NCBI GenBank assembly: GCA_965235115.1
Contig: OZ249436.1
Span: 44,456,001-44,520,000, forward strand
Length of the DNA: 64,000 bases
Direction of reading: 5' to 3'
Origin: Laetmonice hystrix
Taxonomy: Eukaryota
Positions 1-12,290 of this stretch are shown piece after piece. Numbering within the stretch: the first letter of the stretch is position 1; every line of letters begins with the position of its first letter. Under the pieces are notes generated by a model. It had not been told where the DNA came from. It did not search any database and was given only the letters and a program-made list of their open reading frames with translations. A program made the position numbers and the translations under genes.

Positions 1-515
1 TGTGGGATCATGAAACCTGGACCAAGGGGGAAGTCACCAGCCATCCCTGACCTAACAATCTACCCTGGGGATCACTCGGACACCATGGGGGAGTGTGGGA
101 TCATGAAACCTGGACCAAGGGGGAAGTCACCAGCCATCCCTGACCTAACAATCTACCCTGGCGATCACTCGGACAACATGGGGGGGGGAGTGTGGGATCA
201 TGAAACCTGGACCAAGGGGGAAGTCACCAGCCATCCCTGACCTAACAATCTACCCTGGCGATCACTCGGACACCATGGGGGAGTGTGGGATCATGAAACC
301 TGGACCATGGGGGAAGTCACCAGCCATCCCTGACCTAACAATCTACCCTGGCGATCACTCGGACAACATGGGGGAGTGTGGGATCATGAAACCTGGACCA
401 AGGGGGAAGTCACCAGCCATCCCTGACCTAACAATCTACCCTGGGGATCACTCGGACACCATGGGGGAGTGTGGGATCATGAAACCTGGACCAAGGGGGA
501 AGTCACCTGCCATCC
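1..515. repeat. Minisatellite, 93-bp unit, ~5.5 copies (runs off window start)
   Basis: Unit tgtgggatcatgaaacctgg...ccatgggggag restarts at 1, 94, 191 (extra G run) and 284. ORFs 10..240 and 200..523 are its translations. Confidence 0.95.
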
Positions 516-1178
516 TCACTTAGGTTCCCCATCTCTCCCTAGGTGGCGCTTAGGTGACCATTTCCGTTAACGTGACCCTTACCCTTACCCCCGAGAATTA
601 ATGAAGCCCTTTCAAACAATGAACAAAACACTTTTTTTAATGCTTCATCAGAATGTATACTTTTTTGCCCGACTATTTGATACTTACTTTAATCTTGACA
701 AACTGTTTTATTCGCTCAGTCCTTCCACCACTATGAATTAATCATGTTTGAAGACGGAAGTAAAACGAATTCTCTCTCATGAGGTCTCAGTGTTTGGGTA
801 GGTTTATTTACAATATGTTTCTCTTGCTGACAGTAACACGAACTGGTTGCTCCGAGTCGAGAGAGTATTCGAGAACTCCAGTTTACACACTATAGGAAAA
901 TGTTATCCGAGTTATATCATATAGCCTATAAGTTTAAGCACTTGTACCATTGCACAGATCATTATATTATTGGTCTATTTATAATTGTGTCGGTCAGACA
1001 AGGAGGTAAGCCTATTCTAAAACAACTGTACATAGATCAACTATTTTATACCCTTCTTAATCTCTGGCAGCTCCTTTAGATAGCACCTACATATTACTAT
1101 ACATCAATTTTAAATACACATTATTCCACTTTTGCCTCGCCTGCGTCGTGGGAATGTGGATGAAGCCCCTGGTGGCAA

Positions 1179-1231
1179 TCACACACAACTCCCTGGTGAC
1201 CTGTAGGACCTTCCACACATTATTACCCTTC
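1179..1231 (-). CDS. Candidate terminal exon of gene 1 (GRVIMCGRSYRSPGSCV*)
   Basis: Acceptor ttcgtttaccag| at the edge of the 38-bp array is phase-1 compatible with exon 2726-2646, and the peptide ends S-C-V. Alternative acceptors at 1880/1876 (DR* or DKHGSG*) are equally possible. Confidence 0.3.
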
Positions 1232-1650
1232 CTGGTAAACGAAACGAACCATGGTGTTTGGTGAGTGTTCTGGTAAACGAAACGAACCATGGTGTTTGGT
1301 GATTGTCCTGGTAAACGAAACGAGCCATGGTGTTTGGTGATTGTCCTGGTAAACGAAACGAGCCATGGTGTTTGGTGATTGTTCTGGTAAACGAAACGAA
1401 CCATGGTGTTTGGTGATTGTTCTGGTAAATGAAACGAGCCATGGTGTTTGGTGATTGTTCTGGTAAACGAAACGAGCCATGGTGTTTGGTGATTGTCCTG
1501 GTAAATGAAACGAGCCATGGTGTTTGGTGATTGTTCTGGTAAACGAAACGAGCCATGGTGTTTGGTGATTGTTCTGGTAAACGAAACGAGCCATGGTGTT
1601 TGGTGATTGTCCTGGTAAACGAAACGAACCATGGTGTTTGGTGATTGTTC
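1232..1650. repeat. Minisatellite, 38-bp unit, ~11 copies
   Basis: Unit ctggtaaacgaaacgagccatggtgtttggtgattgtt. It explains the three overlapping minus-strand ORFs at 1087-1779. Confidence 0.95.
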
Positions 1651-2055
1651 GGAGCGTTCGATCTGAGAGCGAACTTTTAATGTCCATATTGTCATCAGGT
1701 TCACAGATACATGTGTAAAACTTGTCCAACCACTATGTACAGTACTCCGCATGTATCGTTCACGTGTCGCAGTCTTCACCCATCACAATAACTCCACGAC
1801 GGTAACTCCACAATATTGGGTGGTTACTGTTTGTGACCCTGTCCCCACTCTAACTTCTATCCGGAACCATGTTTATCTGTCTGGAAAGGAAGGTAGGTAC
1901 AAAGATTATTCCATCGTAAAAAACGGCGTCTTTACCAATTTACTGTCTTGGTAATACTAACAATATTCTCTTTCACATCACCACATTAAATTTTAATGTC
2001 CATATTGTCATCAAGTAGACATAATCATTAGTAAAAGTTCTCCAACCACTATTTC

Positions 2056-2283
2056 GACACCCCAAATTCCTCAGAACCTTTGATCTCCAGCGACACCATG
2101 TTCCATTTTCGGCTTCGAGCAATAAGCCAAGGTATTTTCAAAATTGAGTTATGAACCGAGTTACCGTTCCCCCCCATCCGCTATTTTTTGAAGCCAGTTA
2201 TCGCTTATCGCTCGAACCGAAAATTTTAACATGGTGTCACTAGGGTTCAAAGGTAAGTAGCTATTTGAGGAATTTGGGGTGCC
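2056..2283. mobile_element. Palindromic MITE
   Basis: Inverted termini caccccaaattcctca / tgaggaatttggggtg and internal inverted gacaccatgtt / aacatggtgtc. Confidence 0.7.
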
Positions 2284-2645
2284 AAGTCAGCTTGAAAACA
2301 ACCCTTGGAATGGTGCGCCCTTGTTGAGCAACTGTACTTGTTGTACAAAAAGTATAGGAAACCCGTCAAAGGTTTAGCCCCCCCCCCCCTCCAAACAAAA
2401 AAAAATTATTTAACAACGCGTTATCTAAATAAACATTTTCCAGGATTTATTTTCAGTCTGATTTTCGGTCATTTCCTTACCAAAACGCAATAAAGCACTC
2501 CAATTTTTTCTGGGGGAACATTCCCTGGGCCACAGACCCCCCTAACACGCCCATATTAGAAACCAGTTAGAAAACAGCTCTGGATCCGCCCCTGCATACT
2601 GACATCCGCTACTTCACCGGGTTAATAGCACAAGGATGTACTCAC

Positions 2646-2726
2646 CTATTGGGTCAACAACGTCTGTATCTTCACCGTCATCAAAGTCATCCAAAAATCG
2701 GAATGCTTCATCGGCGATATCGTTCC
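2646..2726 (-). CDS. Gene 1 tail exon, phase 1-1 (NDIADEAFRFLDDFDDGEDTDVVDPI)
   Basis: Acceptor cattttgtag|, donor AG|gtgagt, 81 nt open frame, FxFLD motif. Too short for the ORF track. Confidence 0.8.
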   Translation of the reverse strand, partial: GTISPMKHSDFWMTLMTVKIQTLLTQ

Positions 2727-3755
2727 CTACAAAATGGAGTTTATAATGTTACAGGAGAGAGATTTGTGAAAGTTTTCAGTATTTCTACAAGTGTTCTTCG
2801 AACTCCGTGGTCCTGTAGAGGTGGCGATACAAAACCTGGTCACACACAGGGAATAGATTACATATTCTGTGGCGTTTAAAGCAATGGCAGTGATTCACAT
2901 AATGCGAAGATAAATGCAACGCGTTGTCCTATAAGCATTCTGCACAGATGTATTATAAAGGGTGGTTTGAGAGATTCAAACTTTGCAGAAGCGGGAAACG
3001 AAATTAATACAGTAGACATATTTTACGATTACATGGGCCAATTACTCAGACACATATATAGCCAGGTATAGCCATAGCAGGAATTAAAATCACACACAAC
3101 GCCTTAACGCTCAATTCACCTGTGGGTCACATATTTCTTAAAATAGACCTAAAAACATGCTTGTCCTTACTCTAAGTGGGGTTACCTAGTACGGCATTGG
3201 GGCCGGCGCTACTAGAACAACATTATATGACTCCATATTGAACTTAACGTTACTTGCATGATGTCAATGGTTAAAGATAAAGCTGACATGCGCCTCCAAC
3301 ATGCAAACATTGCCTGGTCATTTCATCTAAATCCAGTATTGTCATCTGAGTAACCACAGCAGTTGCTGAGCAGGAATTATTCAGATGCATACTTGAGAAA
3401 TAGACACAACCTTCCCGCAATTAATCGAGCACAAAATTAAACAACAGTAAATACGGTTTCATGCAGTATCAGAGGTTGATGACATGTTGCATTATGACAT
3501 ATTATGTCAGACGTCAGTGCAGTGTTAAACCACATCCAAGCGCTTGCAAATTCTACATGTCCAAACTATATCACCTTCGTTTCCAAGCTTCTACAGGCAG
3601 CGTCAGAGAATTATTTCCTTATTACGACAGAAACACAACGAAAACAAATAAAACGTGCAAAGTCTTTCGTCAGAAATCTTGCTAGATCCACCCCGTCATC
3701 CTGACGGGTGCCACTGAGCATGCGTCTGATGGGTTGCCATGGGAGCGGTTGTTAC

Positions 3756-3920
3756 CTTCCAATTGGTCACCTGAGGAGGTGGTCGAGTGGCTTCTGTTGG
3801 TGCCAGTCTTGATATGTCCCTTAAACCTCTCCCTGTTTCCAGGACTGTGCGTCTGTTCGTCTGCTGCGCTTTCGGAATACGTGTCAAGGAAGTCGAAGAG
3901 CTGGCTAGTGAGCTGATAGC
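3756..3920 (-). CDS. Gene 1 tail exon, phase 1-1 (YQLTSQLFDFLDTYSESAADEQ...)
   Basis: Acceptor gcttacgtag|. Donor G|gtaaca at 3755, or G|gtgacc at 3770, both phase 1. Lies within ORF 3682..3945 and carries FDFLD. Confidence 0.7.
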
Positions 3921-5038
3921 CTACGTAAGCATACACAGCACGCAATGTATGGCGTGATTAAAGTGAGACCCGTCCCGATCTACTCAGGACAAGAGGATTT
4001 CTCAGGGCAGAGATACAGTTCACTGCTTGCTGCTCCTGTAAGGGTCCTATATTCAGACAAACATATTTATACTACCGAGAACAAAAATGATTCTGACATT
4101 AAACAATGATGAAACGGTCCAGGATTGTCGACATCATAGCTGCTAGAGGAGAGACATATTGGTGTCCCGATTTGCATGAAAGTTTTCATGAAGTTTGAAT
4201 CAAACGTGTTAGAGACTAGTTTGATGTATTATGTAACATGGGGTTGGGGGTTGAGAGTCGGGGATGGATGACGTCATGATCCTGGGGCACGAGATCTGGG
4301 TTTACAAACGACGTTTCCAGTTATCACCACCAGGGGTCGTGCCCGTGCCAAAGTCACGTCCCAAAGTTGACGTCACTGAATTGTTCCCCCGACCCACCTC
4401 CCGTTAACATATAAACACCGGCATGTCAAGGCTAGCATGCATGGTTCTTACGGAGAACCCCTTCAAGTAGTCCGTCCCAAGCACCTCATCATCTCAGGGA
4501 TCTGATAATCAGACGTCCCCAAAGATAGAGCTTCCAACATTGGAGTTGGAGACAGACGAGCCTACTCCATATTGTCCCGGGAAACTGGTGGCTTCCAGAA
4601 GTTGGTATATTGAAGGCATGCAAAAACAAACTGCAGGATAGCTCGCTATACTATTGGGCGTAATCGATTATAGATTGAACTATGGAGGGGAAGATCATGA
4701 TGATAATGACGGTGACGATGGTAACAAACAAAACACAACAAAAACGTCAACCAAACAATACAGTTCACCACCACCAGTCACTAGTCCACACTCTGATCAT
4801 GTGGGTCTAAGTGAGTCACGTGTATGCAAATAAACCTCGGATTCAAACCACCAATGACCAGTCCCGTAATCAGAGTCGATCAGGGTGCATTTACGTGCTT
4901 CACCAAGCTTGTAACAGAAACCAGGACAGAAAATAACACCAGCGGGCCAGGGGTGGGGACCGTCAAAACACAAGCAGAATTCTCTCTCTAAACCCAACTC
5001 TTCCACCCGGTTTAAACGCAATCGTTCAGTGCCCCTAC

Positions 5039-5254
5039 CCTGTTCATTAGACCGACACTGCTCGACGGCAATCATCGTGTGGAAGCGTCCGACGCTGACC
5101 TGCGATTCCACTTCCGGGTCAACGAACCCCAGCGTGTAATGAACGCCAGATGTAGCCGATAATTCGGTGTGTAAAGAGTTAACCGATATATCGTCATGGG
5201 AACCACTGTATTGGTCGAGGAAATCAAACGCTGATATCGACGCCATATGTTCGC
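5039..5254 (-). CDS. Gene 1 tail exon, phase 1-1 (EHMASISAFDFLDQYSGSHDD...SNEQ)
   Basis: Acceptor ccgattgcag| and donor CAGG|gtaggg. Lies within ORF 4797..5270 and carries FDFLD. Confidence 0.7.
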
Positions 5255-5391
5255 CTGCAATCGGAGGCACTTAAAACGTCATGGGTGGCGATGACGTCAC
5301 GGTGTTCATGACGTCACGGGTGGTCATGACGTCACATGGTCATGGAGAATATTGCGTGCATGGTCGCCATTCACAAAGAAGGTACCCATAT

Positions 5392-5738
5392 TTAAAGGGG
5401 CCCCGTCAATTAAAAGCCACAAAATCGACCCCTCTCATATTAAACAACCTAGATTTACCTGCAATCTCGTAATAAATTGGAAGCAAAATAACTGCGCATG
5501 TAGTTGTAATACAGAACAGCGTGTGCCATGGGTAGGCCTAATTGCCTTCCTCCGCTCCACGTAGCCACGCCGGTTTGCCATGGCGGTGGTTTGTAAACTC
5601 CACGGACCGTGCTCGGGCGACTGGACTTGTAATTTTCTTACATTTATTGCCATTATTTGACCGCCCTATTTAAATATCATGTTGCTAAGGATGAAAGGTA
5701 CGTTTCATATTTGGGGGGAATTGACGGAGTCCCTTTAA
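5392..5738. mobile_element. TTAA-flanked MITE (Kolobok-like termini)
   Basis: ttaa-aggggccccgtcaatt ... aattgacggagtccct-ttaa: imperfect TIRs with TTAA on both sides. Confidence 0.7.
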
Positions 5739-5809
5739 GGATTTTAAAAAAATAGTTTCAATGGGGAGGATATAGGTTTCCTTATTGGATAGAAAGCATG
5801 TCTCTCTGA

Positions 5810-5922
5810 TACCATCGGTGTATGCATAGAGTATTACCATCGGTGTATACATACAGTATTACCATCGGTGTATACATACAGTATTACCATCGGTGTATAC
5901 ATACAGTATTACCATCGGTGTA
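5810..5922. repeat. Short tandem repeat, 25-bp unit, ~4.5 copies
   Basis: gtattaccatcggtgtatacataca at 5831, 5856, 5881. Confidence 0.9.
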
Positions 5923-6359
5923 TTGTAGTATTACTAACAAAGAACAAGATATAAAAGGTACAGCAATAGGCCTGGTCAGTTCTCGTGTCCTAGATATGCA
6001 AATATGCGAGAACGAGAGAGACTGGGGACAAACAGAGGAACCTATGGGAACTTTGTGACAAATTTCGGACCAACTTGGTCCCCGCCAAATCATAAAGCGT
6101 GAATCACGCTATTTTTTTTAGACATTTTTGTTTTTTTTATAAATAGGCCTTAATACCACCCCAAAAAGGTAGGCAACCCATTGAATTACCCTGTAGAAGT
6201 TCTCTATAAATAATTTTTTTCACAAAATATTACGTCTAAAATGGAATTATCAGCACATTATCTCGAAGAATTTCACTTTTGTTACAACAGATCTATTCCA
6301 ATACAATTATCAGACATGTCTAAATAGGTTCGAGTTTTCCACGCGACTAATATACAAAC

Positions 6360-7599
6360 CTGTTCGGGCGTATCCAGCCGGGTCTCCATCGCTAGCCACA
6401 CTTTGGGTTCGTTCTCTGTGGCTGGCGCGTTCTGTGACGTCATCGGCCTCGTTATGATCAAAGGCCTCGTTTTGAGATCCCCGACCGTCGTCGCTGTCCA
6501 CCTCGAGGCCGGCCGCTCTCCGCCGGGCCCGCATGGCGGCAAAGCGATTCTCAAGTTCTTGCTGTATTGACATAGCAGCAGGGGAGTTGTCGCTGTGAGA
6601 GGGCGCCACTGCTCGAACTCGTTCGGGTTCTGGCTCCACCACTGAGCCGTATCCCGAGACAACACTCGGTTCGATCTCGCCTGTGTCTGATACACGGTGT
6701 AAGGGGCCCATGAGGTCGGCCATTAGGCCTATAGGCGGTGGGCGGGGAGGGGGAGGGGACGGAGGCCGCGGGGGGTCCCGGCTATTGGTTCGAGAATAGA
6801 GTGGAGGGTCCCCCCTCGGAGGATATTGAAGGTCAGCTACATCACTTTGTGACCTCCTCACCAAGGGTGCCCCGCTGTCGGGCCTTGCCTCACCCGGCCT
6901 GGCCAGGATGAAGTTATCACTGAGTGGTGCCGGTGGGACCTCCTCAGGCAGCGGTTCACGAGGGCGGCGTGGCCGGTCTAAAGTGTTCAGTCGCCTACTA
7001 CCATCGTTCGTCGTATCCGAGGGTGATCGACCTAATATAACACCGTTACCGTAAGCACCATTGCGGCCCATACCGGGTAACTTGGCCGGTGGTTGCCGGT
7101 CTTGTCCTGGCATCACGCCGTTCTGTAGAGGGCCCAGAGGCCCGGCGCCGCCCAATGCTGTCGGCCTGTATTCACGCATGAGGCGAGAATTACTGCGGTC
7201 CACTCCAGGCCGATTCAACTCGCCACTTCCGGTTCTGACGTCACGTCTCGCCCTGTCGTACGTCGGGTCATCATTGTGAGGCCTACCGGCCCGACCCCTG
7301 GCCCCCTGGCGGCCCCGGTCGTCATGGCGACCACGATCTTCATGGCGACCACGATCTTCATGGCGACCGCGACCACGATCTTCATGGCGACCGCGACCGC
7401 GCTCGTTATGGCGCCCACGGTCGTCATGACGTCCACGGTCGTCATGGCGACCACGGTTGTCAAGCGGCCGATCGAGGCGCCCTCTCTGTGGTGGCGGCAG
7501 GGAGCGTAAGTTTTCACCCGTCTCGTCTGAACGGATCAACATGTCGCGCTCGCCGTGGCCGTAATTCGAGTACACCCTCGCCTCGCCAGGTCGACCATC
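6360..7599 (-). CDS. Gene 1 large cytoplasmic-tail exon (Arg/Gly/Pro-rich, disordered)
   Basis: 421-aa GC-rich ORF 6310..7575 extends in frame to acceptor ctgtgtcag|GAT at 7599 (phase 0). Phase-1 donor ACAG|gtttgt at 6359. Contains DDRGRH repeats and PPRPPSPPPPRPPP. Confidence 0.9.
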
Positions 7600-7628
7600 C
7601 TGACACAGAAAGACGTCAATTTGATACT

Positions 7629-7862
7629 TAGAGGCAGACCATTTAACTTTGATGGGGGGTAGGAAGATTTAGTTTGGACAGAGTATTTTTTCACACATTT
7701 TCAGAGCCGGAAATTTTTTTTGCCATTTCAATGCCTCTCTATTCAATGACAGGGGCAGCCAAATTATTTTTTTTCCGAAGAAATTGGAGCCGGGAAATTT
7801 ATTCATAAAATCTTCCTACCCCCCCCCCCCCCCCCAATCAAAGTTAAATGGTCGACCCCTTA
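7629..7862. mobile_element. MITE with long TIRs
   Basis: gaccatttaactttgat-gggggg-taggaagattt mirrored by aaatcttcctac-(c)n-atcaaagttaaatggtc. Confidence 0.75.
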
Positions 7863-8027
7863 GGTTAGACAGTTTTTAACATGCCTTTGGAAATATGTCA
7901 TCCGCTCTATGGCAGCACTATAATAAAAGAACCAATCAAGAAAGACATTTTTTTATCATTGTTACGTGATTTAGTTTTGTGACGTCACAGACTGGGTACA
8001 GGGTGAGAAGGTTGTGATGTCACTCAC

Positions 8028-8125
8028 CCTAGGTGGCGCCCTGTCCCTGGGGTCAGGTCCGTGGTCTTCACGTCTCCTGGGGGGCCGGGCAGGGAGATCT
8101 CTTGGGGCCGCAGTCCGGGGGTTGG
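8028..8125 (-). CDS. Gene 1 exon, phase 1-0 (ANPRTAAPRDLPARPPRRREDHGPDPRDRAPPR)
   Basis: Acceptor ttgtttgacag| and donor AGG|gtgagt. 98 nt, joins both neighbours in frame. Confidence 0.88.
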
Positions 8126-8319
8126 CTGTCAAACAATAACAACATAATAAATGTACACATTTAACATTGGCATCAATGTATATAAACAATACTATCATCA
8201 GTGTACATCAACAATGTCATCAATATGTATAGTCAAACATCAAATAGAACCTCACCAGACCGCTCTTCTCTGTTCGGGGCGGATCATTTGATATGTCTTT
8301 TTGGAAAAAAAGAAAATCT

Positions 8320-8556
8320 GTTCAACAAACTACACAAAAAAATAGTTTGTTCATCAAACTACAGAAAAAAAAAGTTTTTTCACCAAACTACATAAAAAAA
8401 TAGTTTGTTCATCAAACTACAGAAAAAAATAGTTTGTTCACCAAACTACACAAAAAAATAGTTTGTTCATCAAACTACAGAAAAAAAATAGTTTGTTCAT
8501 CAAACTACATAAAAAAATAGTTTGTTCATCAAACTACATAAAAAAATAGTTTGTTC
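8320..8556. repeat. A-rich tandem repeat, ~29-bp unit
   Basis: aaaaaaatagtttgttcatcaaactaca(t/g/c), about 8 copies. Confidence 0.85.
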
Positions 8557-8940
8557 CATATGTAAAAAAAGAATGCTTCCTTTATATTCGTTTTTAAGAC
8601 AGCATTCACGAAGATACAAGTCCTACCAGTGACAAGAAGTGGTTCTCGAGAAGGAAACCGTATTCCCGTCGTCTGTGAATTAGGCGATCGAAGCGTCATG
8701 CAGTTATGATATTATTATGATATTATTATTCAATTACAGCACACCACATTCTCTCCATGCATAAAAAGCACGCACAATATTTGGTCACCTCGGCCACCCA
8801 ACATGGGATAAAACACAAACCGTAAGAATAGAAAGTTATCACAATTAACTCATTATTCTCACAACACCTCAATAAATCATACTATTCCAGAAAATCAAGT
8901 AAGATCGGTTCGTAAAAACTTAAGATCTTGCTTAAGCTTA

Positions 8941-9074
8941 AGCTTAACGCGTCTGGCTGACCTGCTTAGACCAACCAATCAGAAAGCTTAACGCGTCTGG
9001 CTGACCTGCTTAGACCAACCAATCAGAAAGCTTAACGCGTCTGGCTGACCTGCTTAGACCAGCCAATCAGAAGC
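8941..9074. repeat. Tandem repeat, 44-bp unit, 3 copies
   Basis: agcttaacgcgtctggctgacctgcttagaccaaccaatcagaa x3. Confidence 0.9.
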
Positions 9075-10555
9075 ATATCATACAGGCACATCCGGTTACA
9101 AAGTGTCAGGGTAATAATCTTAATGTAATGATTATTTCGTTAGAAGTTAAGTATAGGAGAGAGAAATGTGCTTGGACTTTTTCAATAGCCTAACAATATC
9201 ATAGAAGTCTTTCTCTTGGTGTGCTCCGAATCTAGCCCATAACGATACGGTTGCAAGTTATCAAGGTGTCCCAAAGCTCATGAACAACCTCCAGTTTGAA
9301 GCGTCACGTCATAATTAGCTTAGCTATCTGAAAAATATGTTCAACTCTGTCCATTATTATCCTCGACAGTATCCCCATGGGTCCATGTGAACTGAGCCTA
9401 GCGTTTACAGGCTGCTTTGTTGCGTTATCTGTACACATACCCACCTGTCATTAGCTCCGGGTCAATTAGGCCATCACCCCAGGATGTTACCAAAAAGATC
9501 AGAGACAGACTACAGATTCCCAAAAATGAAGCAATATAGAACATTCAAGAACTTGAATCAATCCAAGAGACCTCTCATATGTCAATATACACACCAGCTG
9601 GACGCCACGTCCAGAACCCCGGGAAGTATAGGACCAAGGAACGACAGACTGCAAGAAACCATGACTGCAAGAGACCTCTGATGTTTTGACATGCACTTAT
9701 CAGAAAGAGAACTCATACACCTTCCTCCTACAGTTTGCATGCACCTCTTATTAAAGATCCGGAAAATGTCCAAACTCTCCACTTCGCCTCTTCTCACCTG
9801 TTTGACTATCAAAGTAAACAACTGCCGGGACACCGTACTGGACGTTTTGTGGCGTGCCGGAGTCTAGTTTCATGATTGTACGCTTGGTGTCAGCACCAGC
9901 AAAGGACGCCGCTCTATCTGCCCGGACTGCCGCTGGTAACCGCTGGAGGGCGCCCTGAGCACGCTGCATCGACTTCACGTGCCAACTGACTGAACGGCAG
10001 ACAGCCAATCAACAAATAGGTTACTCCAGATCTACATGCGACTGTTATAAGGGCAGATCTACAGGCGCGGATCCAGGCATCACACATACAGTTTGTGAAA
10101 CGACAGTTAAATAACCAGGCATGAGGAACATTTGATGACTGATGTCGACACTGAAAGCTCCAGGCTTTGGTACAAGACGAAGAAAACAACGCTTTTATGA
10201 GTGATGCTGCCCAAACCCATACATTGTCAAGCAAAAATCAGGAAACCTCTTGGATCTTGCGAGCAGCCCACCACAGCTGAGGAACTCTCTGTTTCCTATA
10301 GGATAGAGGTCGGCGGGAATCAATGACTGCAAACGTCAAATTGTGCATGAAGCATTGTTATTGAGCGTCCATTCCCACCACCAACGTCTGCGTGACGTCA
10401 TACCTATAAATCTGTGAGTCTCCCACACATGGCCGCAGAGACTCAGTGAAAGGGGTAAATATGTAAGAGTGTTCAACAAGATATCATGTCAATAAAGCTT
10501 TTGTTCGCGTGGCTGTCAATGTGTTATTATCAAGTGAAACCAGTTAAAATCATAC

Positions 10556-10615
10556 CCCTCTCCCGTCTGGGTACTTCAGGTGTAACCATCCTAGGTCTCG
10601 GCAGACTGAACTCCT
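10556..10615 (-). CDS. Gene 1 exon, phase 1-1 (QEFSLPRPRMVTPEVPRRER)
   Basis: Acceptor tcttgtttacag| and donor AGGG|gtatga. 60 nt, bridges 12290-12019 and 8125-8028 in frame. Confidence 0.85.
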
Positions 10616-11235
10616 CTGTAAACAAGACATACCCACTACATAAACCTACAGTCATCTGTAAACAAGACATACCCACTGCATAAACTTCCTGTCATCTGTA
10701 AACAAGACATACCCACTGCATAAACTTCCTGTCATCTGTAAACAAGACATACCCACTACATAAACCTACTGTCATCTGTAAACAAGACATACCCACTGCA
10801 TAAACTTCCTGTCATCTGTAAACAAGACATACCCACTACATAAACCTACTGTCATCTGTAAACAAGACATACCCACTGCATAAACTTCCTGTCATCTGTA
10901 AACAAGACATACCCACTACATAAACCTACTGTCATCTGTAAACAAGACATACCCACTGCATAAACTTCCTGTCATCTGTAAACAAGACATACCCACTACA
11001 TAAACCTACTGTCATCTGTAAACAAGACATACCCACTGCATAAACTTCCTGTCATCTGTAAACAAGACATACCCACTACATAAACCTACTGTCATCTGTA
11101 AACAAGACATACCCACTACATAAACCTCCTGTCATCTGTAAACAAGACATACCCACTCCATATAAACCTCCTGTCATCTGGCATGAATACATGTATACAA
11201 GACATGTATACCCACTACATAAACTTGTCATCTGG
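10616..11235. repeat. Minisatellite, 40-bp unit, ~14 copies, containing the splice acceptor
   Basis: Unit ctgtaaacaagacatacccact(g/a)cataaac(tt/ct)(cc/ac)tgtcat begins exactly at the AG of exon 10615. Confidence 0.95.
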
Positions 11236-12018
11236 CCCATTGACGCTAGGAACTGCAGGCAACCACGAGATATCTCGAGATAGCTCGATATTGGGAGATA
11301 TCGCGAAATCCCGCGAGATATCACGGGGTATCTCGAGAAATCATGATACCGCGTAATATTGGGAGATATTACGAGATATTGGAACATTTCATGAGATACC
11401 GCGAGATTCATGAGATACCGTGAGGTGTCATGAGATACCGCGATTATTCACGATATAAAAGGCGAGGGATGGGAGGGGCTTCCCCCGCTTCGATCGTATG
11501 ACTGTGAAATCAGGTCTTGTTGGTGGAGGTAGACAATATACGTGGTGTTCTGATGATGCCCCCTAGTGCAGTCACAACTTGTGTAGTTCAGAATGTTCAA
11601 TACACCTCCTGGTAAATCAGGGGACTAAACGATGACACTGGTACATCAGGGAGAGAGATAACGCTAACAACTCATTATGAGGATGAATTTGTTTGCAGGA
11701 ATCTTTAAATATTGACAATAATATTGTAGCTTTGCCATGGGCAACAGTTCCGACATCCATACAATTACCAATCATCTATTTCACCAATAACTGAAAGAGT
11801 CTATACCTTTCGACTTTATCATATTTATATGTAAAAATCTCGTTTTGGTCATGAGGACGGGTTTAGTTGGCCAAGGGCTCCATTATCACACCCCCCCCCT
11901 CAGTTACTCGCTAGTGACCATGCACGAGCAGTCATGTAGTTACCCTTGATTTTACCGCATTATTTTTTCGATAATTATCATGATTAGGTATAATAAAATC
12001 TGAGTAGTCCATGCTTAC

Positions 12019-12290
12019 GTCTGTGTAACTCGGGTTCGGAGAGAAAGTGTCTACCATTGACGTGTCCGTTGGAGTAGACGTTGTTGTGACGGTTTGGTTG
12101 ACCCTCGGCATGTCTCTTACCGGCGGCAGGGTAGGCGGCTGCAGGAGCCCCTGCAAACATGGTCGGGTTGGATGTCCATACCCCTGGCGGCACATGGTTG
12201 TACTTGTCCTTCCGCTGCTGCGCAGAGAGTGTACTTCCGTCACGTTGCTCCACGTATGACGTACCCTTGGACCGCTTTAGGCGATTTGTC
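12019..12290 (-). CDS. Gene 1 juxtamembrane cytoplasmic exon, phase 2-1 (TNRLKRSKG...EPELHR)
   Basis: Acceptor ttttgttcag| and donor AGAC|gtaagc. Lies within ORF 11984..12298. Basic stop-transfer residues follow the TM segment. Confidence 0.9.

Noticed and set aside
4149..5807. Possible Polinton/virus-like insert (gagagacat/atgtctctc inverted 9-mer, convergent ORFs, tgacgtca clusters)
   Set aside because: No TSD, the plus-strand frame 4423-4833 has two stops, and the minus ORF is better explained as a phase-1 exon of gene 1 sharing the FDFLD motif.
9480..10300. Protein-like broken frames (e.g. VVYFDSQTGEKRRSGEFGHFPDL)
   Set aside because: Interrupted by stops with no motif I can name; possibly a decayed transposon but unsupported without a search.
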